Assembly (NCBI RefSeq): GCF_001194135.2
Contig: NC_068990.1
Span: 25,081,959 to 25,145,958, forward strand
Length of the DNA stretch: 64,000 nt
From: Octopus bimaculoides
Lineage: Eukaryota
Direction: 5' to 3'
Shown here piece by piece: positions 49,641 through 60,700 of the stretch; within the stretch, counting starts at the first letter, position 1, and each line of letters opens with the position of its first letter. The notes below the pieces were generated by a model. That model was not told the origin of the DNA. It saw only the letters and a list, made by a program, of their open reading frames with translations, and made no database searches. Made by a program: the position numbers and the translations under genes.

Positions 49641-51504
49641 TTGCATTTATTTATAATACTGATTTCAAAATTTGGAACAAGGCAAAATTTCGGGGAGAGA
49701 CTCTAAGGTCAATAAAATTGACCTCAGTACTCAACTGGTATTATATCGACTCCAAAGGGATGAAAGGCAAAGGTGACCTCGGCAGAAAGGAAAAAAAAAA
49801 AATCACACTATAATATTAAAATGACACTAGTTAAATTTTAAAAATTTGAAGAGTGATGTATGTGAAAACAAAAGCAAATATGCAAATTATGAAATGTGTC
49901 AATAAGAAATGACAGAAGACGTTTTCTTTCTTAGGGTGAACAGAACAAGATTAAAATCACAATGGTAACAAGTTTCAATGAAATATAAAACTGTTAGAAT
50001 ACATAAATGAAATATCAATGAGTTCACTAATAACTGCAACAAGGTGGCTAAGCCGTTACCTACCTGACAAAATCGAGTTATCTCATAACAGCACCAGGTG
50101 AAAATAGATCTGACCATAATTTTGACAGCTGCATCTTTAATTATCATAATTATTGCTGTTTGTTTTTGCTAAACAAATTCAAATGTACAATTTCCAAGTG
50201 GTATGTCCAACTCAGAAAAGCCATTAATAAGAAACGTGTGTCTTCATTAGAAAGGTTTTCTTTTATGAAGCTTCTCAAGACATTTTACAGACAGAAATGA
50301 TACGTTTCAAAATGGCCACACACACACAAAAAAAACAAAAAAAGTTGTGAGGTTAGAATTAGCTGGTGCCAAGTCAAAGTACACAGTAGCTTATTGTTAA
50401 CTGTTGCTGTGACAAAATCCAAGAAATAACTATTTAAAATAGACTGGTGAAAAAATGTTTTTCATATGCAAATATTTCACTAACAGCAGAGGGAAGAGTC
50501 TATATTTCAGAAAAAAAAAAATGCTAATTAAAATAACAATTAAGCTAATAATTACAAACAGTTTGTTTCAAATTTTAAAATAATCCCATAAACTCTGACA
50601 ACAAATTACTTTAAATGGGTCAGAAATACTTCCAATAAACAGAGTCCATTGAATGTGTGTGTGTGTGTAACTATCGTTTACTTGTTTCAGTCATTAGACT
50701 GTGGCCATGCTGGGGTATTGAAGAATTCTTAGTCAAACGATTCAACCCTAGTACTTATGTTTTTCATTTTTAGCCTGGTACTCTTTTGATGAACCATTAA
50801 GTTATGGGGATGTAAACACACCACTAGGGTTTATGTAATCGACTTACTCACTCCCCTAAAATTGCTGGCCTTGTGCCAAAATTTGAAATCAATATGCTAT
50901 ATATGCCAAGTGTTCCCCCACCCCATCCCAAATCACTTCACAGAATGTATTGGGTGCATATCATCATGGCACCAACACCAGAGAGGTTATCTAAAGCAGA
51001 TTTAGGGTCTTTTGGACCCTGTATCAGCTTCTATTTAAAGTTCTTTCCCTACACTGACAATCTTTGCTACAGCTTGACAAGTGCACGCCATCTTTGTTCC
51101 TTTCTTTTACATGGGACTAAACAAATAGAGTGAAATGGGAGGTTGTCTCAATTCTACAGTGGTGGCCACTCAGGACTAAATAATAATTCATTACATTGCT
51201 AAATAGGAAACAGAGTAGCTGATTGAGTCAGTTCTGATAGAAGTATATAAAATAAGAATATGCAAATTTTATGGACCTTGGAGGGATGAATGGTAAATTC
51301 GACCCTGGATGGGCTTCGACATAAAACACTGTTACTAAATACTACAGGACGTTTGCTGTGGCGTTCTAAAGTTCCTTCCTTGACCATCACTGATGATAAC
51401 AATAGCAAGATGTAATTAAAAATGAAGACTTAATTAATTAAAGTTAAATATCAAAACCATTTATAAACTAATGACCAATGAGTCACTAAATGTAACACCT
51501 TACC

Positions 51505-51640
51505 TTCTCATGATGATGGTGATGATGAAAGTAGAAATAACGATAGTAATGTTATTGATGATGGTGATGATGATGGCAATGATAATGAGAGTAAATATGA
51601 AGATGATGATGATGATGATGAATTTCACAAGGATGATGAA
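51505..51640. repeat. Degenerate (GAT)n tract in the intron after giant exon 1
   Basis: Direct reading. Confidence 0.9.
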
Positions 51641-51748
51641 ACATTAAAGTTGTTAAACTGTAATGAAGTCTAAGTGAAATCCAACACAAATTACTTTAAA
51701 AAAAGACAAAATTAAAAGGAGTTGCATCATAGAAATAGGAGTACTTAC

Positions 51749-54700
51749 CGTTTCTGAAGATTCAATTTCTAAAGTTGGCAGTGGTTTCTCTCCAATTACC
51801 TGAAGAAAACTACTTCCTTCAACAGCTTCTGATGTTACGAGCCCAGCAGCTACTGCTTCCTTGAGAGGAATCGAATCTCCTGTGGTGCTGTTCACAACAT
51901 TGCCGCTGGAATCAATGTAGAAACCAGGAACTGCCATATAGGTGGAACTAGTGGCTATCGTTTGGATTTCGGTAGCACTTTTTGAAATTAATTCTCCATT
52001 TGAATAATAAGCACTTTGATCAGGACTAAAAGGTGAACCTTCTGTGACAGTCATGTATTGACCTTTTCGGAATGGTTCCTTTTGCTTTGCTTCACCAGGA
52101 ATGTCTGTTTTAGCGGCAATATAACCTAGCTGAAGGGCTTTGTCTAGAGAGAGAGTTACATGGCTTGTAGGATCCGTGTAATTTCCTGTTGTCTCATCTA
52201 AATAACCGTCTTGCAAAGCTTTGCTCAAAGAAATAGGTTTGTCGTCATTGGGAGGAATATTTCCATTGCTAGCAGATGGAGAAGAACTAGTAGGTACCAA
52301 AAATCCACATTGGAAAGCTTCGTCCAATGACAAAGTAACATTGGTGACAGGGTTTCGGAAAGTTCCAGATGAGGAATCAATCAGTCCAGATTTAAAGGCA
52401 TCATTAAAAGTAATGGGATCTCCAGTAGTCAGATCACTTAAAATACCCCTTTTCACAGCATCCTCAATGGTCATATCTAAACCTTTATCAGAATCCCGGT
52501 ATCGTTGGCAGTTCACATCTAAGAGGCCATCATTAAGAGCTTGTTTAAAAGTTATGCTTGAACCAGTTTTTGTATCGGCTGGAAGTTCAGAGCTTTTCAG
52601 CAGCACAACTGATTCAACTGGGGACTTCTTGGCTCTCGGTAGTTTTGGAGAGAGATAGCCTTCATCAACAGCAGTCTGAAGATCACATTCAGTTTTGCTA
52701 TCAGGTCGTGTGAATAAGCCCGTTTTTACGTTTATTTGGCCTATTTTTATAGCCTCTTGGAAAGAACATGCTTTTGGTGACCGGGAATTATCAGGGAAAT
52801 GGAAAGGTTCATCTTGGTCATTCAATAAGATTCCTAATAAAACAGCTTCATCAACAGAATAGCAACTGTTGGAACCCGGATCAATAAATTTACCAGTTTT
52901 TCGATCCACGAGACCTTTAATCAAAGCGTCTTTTAATTTTAATCCAGGTTTTGCTCTTTTAACTGAACCTTCAGTAATTTCAGCTTTCACAAATCCCTTT
53001 TGAATTGCTTCTGTAATTGATAAGGTGCTGTTAGTTTTAATGTCAACATAATTTCCAGCTGGGTCTAAGATCCCCTTTTCAAACGCATCAGCTGTACTTA
53101 TCATTTCTTGCTTCTCAGGATCAACAGCTCCAATAACGTTATATGTTACTCCAGGTTTCTGAGATGATACTGTGGTCTTTGTGGTAACCACAGACTGAAC
53201 AGAGCCAGAAACGAAACCTTCTTTCATAGCGTCCTCGATACTGAGAACAGTACCAGAATTTGAGTCCAAATAGGTTTTCCCATCTCTGTCAATAATTTTC
53301 TGTGAAACGGCTTCTTCTAGTGTAAGTTCTTCTCCTGTAGTGGTGTTCAGAACAGCAGTCACATTTACATGGCGAGCTGTACCTTTTTGAATGTCACATT
53401 TCTTAGGTTTCTTCATATCTGCAACTAAGTTTTTCTCAATAGCTTCGGATAAGTGCATGGTTTCTCCTGTAGCTGTATTCTTGAACAGATTATTCTTTGG
53501 ATCTAAAATACCAGCATTTATGGCTTCTTCTGAAGTTAAGTTTTTGCCAGTTTTAACGTCTTTTACAATGGTTGAAGAACTCAAAGATTTTGCAGTTGGA
53601 ACATCTGGTGAGACTGGAGTAACTTTCACTAAGCCTTTTGTCACAGCCTGCTGGATTGGCAGACGTTCTCCAGTAATTTGATCGATCATTTCTCCCCTCT
53701 GAGGGTCAAACAGTCCAGCTTTCACAGCTTTATCAAGGGGCAAAGTTTTACCAGAACGAGTATCCACAACATCTGTGATTTGGATAGATTCTTGTTTTTC
53801 AGGTCTAACCACAAAATTTCCTGCTGGTTCGACAGTCATTACCAAATCTTTCTTAATAGCTTCTGACATTGGATATATATCACCAGTGGTTTTGTCTCTG
53901 TAACTGCTTAAGTTTTTATCAACAATGTTTTGTCCTATAGCTTCTGTTACAGTTAGTTGACGTCCAGTTTGAGGATCAACAATAAATTTAATAGGAGGCA
54001 GAACATCAGTGGTATCTTGTTCACTTTTACAATAGCCCTTCTTTACTGCTTCAGATAGAGAAATCTTCACTCCATTTTCATCAGTATAAGTACCACTTTC
54101 CAAACATATAAGGTCCTTTTTACTAGCATCTTCAATGGACAAAAAGTCTTTCAGTTTAGGGTCATAAACAGATTGAATTTTCAATGTTTTTTCAGAGCCA
54201 GGGTATGTCAAATCAGCAGGAGAACCCTCTGCTGAGCCTTTCACCAAACCCTTTTTGTATGCTTCAGCCAATGCCATATGTTCTCCAGTGGATTTGTTTA
54301 AAAGAACACCATCAGAAACATCAACCAAACCTTTCTCTACAGCATCACTGATAGGAAGAACTGTTTGTGTGACAGGGTCAGTCACATGACTTATTGTAAT
54401 TGATTGTCTTTTTGTGACGGTCACATCTTTCTTAGGATCCCTTGGTTGAGAGCTAGAAAACTGATCATCTGTTTCTTCTGTAGAGATGTAGCCTTTACTG
54501 AGAGCTTCATTTATGCTCATGCGCTCACCCGTCTTTTGGTTTGTGAATGTTTCTTTTTGTATATTTAATATGTTCTTCTTTACTGCTTCAGTAAGCGGCA
54601 TCTTTTCTCCTGTATTTGGGTCTAACACAGAAGAAACATGGACATCTTTCTGCTCAGAGAATGAAACTGCAGCAGTGTAGCCCTCTTTGGATTTCTCCTC

Positions 54701-57700
54701 TCTTGATACAAGATTGTCAAGTGTGTTGCCATGGACAAAGCCAGAACTAAGGGCATTGACCAGAGAGAAAGTTTGTCCAGTGACAGGATTGTGGTAACTT
54801 CCATTTTCAACATTAACAATATCCTTGTCAATCGCCGTCTTTAGATCAATATAATTACCAGTTGAAGGATCAAGTACTTCATCAATAGACAATTTATCAA
54901 TCATCTTGATTGTTATTTTACTTGATGCACGATTATCTACCGGTGTTTCTTGTAAATCACCATTATTAATTAAATCATGCAATGTCTTTTTGGTTTTGTT
55001 ACTGGGATCAACAAAATGTCCAGTAGCATCGATTAAATTTTGGTCAAATGCTTCTTGTAATGTGTAGGTACGACCAGCAATATTTATAGACCCTGATGTT
55101 GGGAAAATATAACCAGAGTCAATAGCTTCTTTAAGTGTGATGGAATTTCCTGAGAAAGGTATTTTGTACATTCCTGTGTTAGAATTCAAGAACCCACTTG
55201 ATATTGCCTCCATCAATGTCATTGCATCTTCAGAGACAGGTGACACTTGTTTAATTTTGACAACTTCAACCACATTAGGTTCAACAATACTGCCCTTCGT
55301 TGCTTCAACCGTAACTGGAATAGCAGGAGATTTTGTTTTGCTGGTAGATTTTCCTATTAATTCCTTTCCTTTATCAAAAAGCATTTTCCCAGCAATAACT
55401 GGAGCCCCAGCAATACCAGCCACAGCAATAAGTCCAACTTTGGCAGCATCCTTCAAGTCAAATGCTTTATTTCCCTCAATGAATTTACCACTGGTTTTAT
55501 CAATCTTTCCTTCTTTCCAACCATCTTGGAGAGTTAACATTTTCTCACTCTTTAAGTCATAGATAGCAGTCTGGTCGTTGATGAAACCTCGATCAACTGC
55601 TTCTTGTAGAGTCATAGTTTGTCCTGACATGGAGTCTGTGAACTTCCCAGTGTTAGGATCAAACAGACCAGCATCAATGGCTGTAATTAGGCTCATTTTG
55701 GAGGAAGGTTCTGGTGAGGTTTCAACATCAGCGCTAGGGTCAATAAGTTGTTCTCTGATAGCATCTAAAATTGCCATCCGAGATCCGGTCTTAGGATCTG
55801 TGTATTTATTTTCAGCTAAATCAATAAAACCTTGGTTAAGAGCTTCTGCAAAAGAAAGTCTCTTGGCCAACTCATCAGTGTTTTTAGTGCCCTTCTGCCT
55901 TTTTACAACAGCTTCAGGGGTGATGTCAGCTGGGCCTTGCTCTTTGAACTGTTCCCCAGTTGACAATGCCATTGGCTGATGGACAAGTGTTGATTCTGGA
56001 GTAGTCATTGGATAAGTTTTCATTGAGACATTAGAAACACTGTCTTTCGTTACCTTTTCATATTTATGAAGCTCTTTTGGCTCCACCACACTGTCCTTAT
56101 CAGAACCAATAAATCCATATTGAACAGCAGTAGAAAGTGTCATTGTATCTTTGGTTGTTGGGTGAGTAAAAGTCCCATCCTGTTCGTTAACCAAACCAAG
56201 ATTTATGGCCTCATCTAAAGTATATTTTTGCTCATTAAATAGATTTTCAGAGAATTCTTTGCTTGATTCTGCAGAATCTTTTATGTCCATTCCTGTAGAT
56301 AATATCTCATCAGGAATCAAACCCTCCAGAAGAGCTTCATGCAAAGGTATCCGCTCACCAGTCACAGTATGGATAAGTTCACCTGTGTCAGGATTAAGAA
56401 CTTTTCCATGCATTGCCAACCTCACAGATAAAACAGTACCACTTTTGGGATCAATTATAACAGATCTATCACAGTCGATCACTCCATGGTCAACAGCCTC
56501 CCGAATGGACATTGGTTGACCATTCATTGGGTTGATAATTTTACCCAATTCATTTATGAAATGGCTACCATGAACAGCATCATTTAAGGTCATTGGTAAC
56601 CTAGTTGTGAAGGAAGCTGATTGCTTCACATGTGTTCCAGACTGAGATATGGTACAACTTTCTCTCACATTAACTGTCTGGTGGAATTCCTTAGTATTAG
56701 TTGTCAGAAGTTCTGGCTCAGATCGTTTGGTCTTTTTCGATTGTAAGGCACTAGCGATGATGTCAGTGGGCAATTTTTCCCCAGAAATTACAGCTAATTT
56801 CTGTGCAGTTGCTATATCAAGAAGTCCTTTATGTAAAGCTTCAGTTATTGTTAGTGGTTGATTAGTTTTGATATCGGTTATTCTGCCAGACTGCCAGTTA
56901 ATGTTGATGTTCTTGGAAAATGGAATTTGTTGGGGAGTACGCTGCTCAGCCAGATTTTCTATCAAATCACTATTGAGCAGACCTTTCTGTACAGCTTCAG
57001 CAACAGTCATCTGTTTCCCGCTTGAAGAATCAAATACCAAACCATTTTCCCAATCAATGCTAACATTTGAACCATCTTTGAGAACCACATTTGGATAAGA
57101 AATTACTTGGGATGAATCCCTGTCAACAGGTTGGATTTGATTACTTGAAGCTGGGAGAGATGATATGCTAATAGTTTCACTACTAACAGTTGATGTGCTA
57201 CTCATAAAGACTGACTGACTTACACTCACTCCTTGTCCGGCAGGGTGGGTGGGTCTTATCTGGTCATCAGGTTTAGCATATATTATTGTTGTAGTTGGTT
57301 TATCATAAGAATCCCCTTGAGAAGTTGGTTTATCATAAGAATCCCCTTGAGAAGTTGGTTTATCTGTTCCTATTATTTCTTTAGAATAATCAGGGTATTT
57401 ATCTTTCTGTTGCATATCATTTGTAGCAGAAGGTGACTGGAAACTTTGTGGTACTTTCGGTGAAGATGGTTGTTGACTTTTCTGTAATATGTCAGTTGCA
57501 GAAACAGGTGGCTGACCTCTGTCAGGCACATCAGTTGTAGAAGGTAACTGATCACTCTCTGGTAGAACACCTCTCTGTAGTACATCAGTTGTTGACAGTG
57601 GGTGTCCTCTCTGTGGCATATCAGTTGATGGTAGTTGACCTCTTTGTGGGCTATCAACTGTTGGTAGGGCTTGACCACTATGTAGTGCATCAGTTGTCAA

Positions 57701-60700
57701 TGGTGGCTGACCTCTCTGTGAGACATCAGCCGCTGATGGTGTTTGATCTCTTTGTGAGATATCAGCTGTTAGTGGAGCTTGACCTCTCTGTAATGCATCA
57801 GTTGCCGATGGTGGCTGACCTCTCTGTGGGACATCAGCTGCTGATGGCATCTGACCTCTTTGTGGGACATCAGCTGTTGGTGGGGCTTGACCTCTCTGTA
57901 ATGCATCAGTTGCTGATGGTATTTGACCTCTTTGTGGGACATCAGCTGCTGATGGCATTTGACCTCTTTGTGGGACATCAGCTGTTGGTGGGGCTTGAGN
58001 NNNNNNNNNNNNNNNNNNNNNNNNNNNNNNNNNNNNNNNNNNNNNNNNNNNNNNNNNNNNNNNNNNNNNNNNNNNNNNNNNNNNNNNNNNNNNNNNNNNN
58101 NNNNNNNNNNNNNNNNNNNNNNNNNNNNNNNNNNNNNNNNNNNNNNNNNNNNNNCCGATGGTGGCTGACCTCTCTGTGGGACATCAGCTGCTGATGGCAT
58201 CTGACCTCTTTGCGGGACATCAGCTGTTGGTGGGGCTTGACCTCTCTGTAATGCATCAGTTGCTGATGGTATTTGACCTCTTTGTGGGACATCAGCTGCT
58301 GATGGCATTTGACCTCTTTGTGGGACATCAGCTGTTGGTGGGGCTTGAGCTCTCTGTAATTCATCAGTTGTCGATGGTGGCTGACCTCTCTGTGGGACAT
58401 CAGCTGCTGATGGCATTTGACCTCTTTGTGGGACATCAGCTGCTAGTGGGGCTTGACCTCTCCGTAATGCATCAGCTGTTGATGGTGGCTGACCTCTCTG
58501 TGAGACATCAGCTGCTGATGGTATTTGATCTCTTAGTGGGACATCAGCTGTTGGCGGGGCTTGACCTCTCTGTAATGCATCAGTTGTCAACGGTGGCTGA
58601 CTTCTCTGTGGGACATCAGCTGCTGATGGTGTTTGACCTCTTTGTGAGACATCAGCTGTTGGTGGGGCTTGACCTCTCTGTAGTACATCAGTTGTCGATG
58701 GTGTTTGACCTCTCTGAGGCACATCGGTTGTTGATGGTAGTTGGTGGCCTTTCTGTAGCACATCAGTTGTTGACGGTGGCTGGCCTCTCTGTGGTACATC
58801 ACCTGCTGATGGTGTTTGACTTCTCTGTGGCACATCAGCTGTCGATGGTGGCTGGCCTCTCTGTGGCACATCAGTTGTTGGCTGATCTCGCTGTAGCATC
58901 TCAGATGTTGATGAAGGTATCTGCTCTCTCTTTGATCTATCAGATTGTTGATCAGGGCCCGATGATGGTAATTGACTTTTAGATTGCGATCTGGTAGATG
59001 TCTTTTCTTGAGCATCTTTAGCAGACTTTTCATTAATTTTATTCTTAACAGCATCGTAAATAGCTTTACCAGCAAGAGCAGTACCTATAATTGGTGCACC
59101 TACAGTTGCTAGCAGACCAAGTTTCACAGCTTCTTTGGCACTTAAAGTTTTATTGCTTGAAGAATCAATCACCTCCCCTGTCTGTTTGTTGACAAGATTT
59201 CTTTGAATTGCAACAGATAAGGGGACAGTTTCTCCTCTTTCACTGTCATAAACTTCAAACTTTGACCCACTTGGAAGATCTTCTGTGATCACTGATTTAA
59301 CTGGAACAGTTTGTTTTGTTTTCGGATCATATAATCCCCCAGTTTCTGGATCGTACATGCTTTCAACAATCTTATTTTCAATAGCCTTTGTCAGAGGAAG
59401 TTTACATAAATGTTTAGTGTCTGTTACTTCTGCTGTCCGCTTATCTACTAATCCTCGTTTTAAGGCTGAGTCAAAAGGGAGTCTCTCAGAAGTTGAAAGA
59501 TTTTTTACTGTTGTAAAGTCAGTAGATATAATATTATCCCTGATGGCTTCTTCAAGGGTGAAAGTATGGCCTAGTTTATCAGAAAATAGTTTAGTCTCAG
59601 GATTAAACATTCCAAGAGAAACAGCATCAATTATATTCACTGGTTTCAAATCTTGAGCACTGCTAAGACCTTGTAAATACTCAAGAGTTTCAATATCATT
59701 TACTTTACCTGTTTGAGGATCGAGTTTATTCATTTTAAAGCAGTCTTCCAGTGTAAGGGTCTGTTTTCCTTGAACATCAAGGATAGCAACTTTGTTGGGA
59801 TCTATCACATTCTGATCAATAGCTTCCAAAAGAGTGATTGGTTTTTCCAATGAAGGGAGATTTACTAAACCAGTTTGTGGATCAATAAACCCTAATTTGA
59901 TTCCTTCAGCATACGAGAACCCAGGTGTAGGTTCTTCAGGTTGTCTCTCTGCTGAAAATGGAGTTGAAAATTTGTCATCTCTCTTCTTTGTTATATCGAC
60001 TTCAATGTTAATAGCTTCTGTAGCAATTGACTCATTCTCAAAAGGACTAGATGTAGTTAGTTCTGATTTCTCTAACTTCATATCCACTTTTGTTGGAGAC
60101 CTTGGAGAAAGGATTTCAGTGTTTGATTCCCCAAAATCTTCTTCAAACTTGTTCTCATCTTCAGTGATGTTTAGTTGCGAGATGTCAGTTGTTTTGGATA
60201 ATTTTATAAAACCTTGATTCAGTGCATCATTAAGACTCAACCGTTCATGTGAACGGGAATCAAAGAATACTCCATTGTCAACATCAATTATGTTTTCTTT
60301 TATAGCTTTTGATAAAGACACCTCTGCTCCAGTTCTAGGATCAATAACTGATGTTACTTTATTGAATGGAAATTCAGGTGACTCAGCCATGATGGAACTT
60401 TTCAATATATCTTCTTCCCTTTGCTGTGAAGTGACTTCTCCATGAATAAGACCCTTTTCCAGTGCTGTTGTGATGGACATGTTCTCTCCAGTTGATGGAT
60501 TTGTATAGAGGCCTTCGTGTAGATTCAGCACCCCCCTTTCAACAGCTTTGTCATAGGAGACAAGATCCATGGTGAGTGGATCAACAACACTAGTAATACT
60601 TAATGTGACAGTTTGTGAAGACACATCTTCAACCATTGTACTTTCAAAGGCTTCTTCATCTTCAGTTATATGGATACTACTTATTTCAGATCTATTGTTA

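Noticed and set aside
30144-56861. Numerous 60-145 aa plus-strand ORFs opposite the exons
   Set aside because: Antisense shadows of coding sequence with no recognisable domains.
57769-58154. Pseudogenising frameshift between the two largest ORFs
   Set aside because: The frame change falls exactly at an N gap with duplicated flanks; merging them restores the frame.
57450-58893. 36-bp direct repeats as a CRISPR array
   Set aside because: Units abut with no unique spacers, lie in frame within a eukaryotic exon, and no cas genes are present.
57373-59075. Long alternative-frame and antisense ORFs (HQQLMSHKEV..., LLMVFDLFVGHQ...)
   Set aside because: These are shadows of a stop-free 36-bp repeat unit; they have no independent splice signals or homology.
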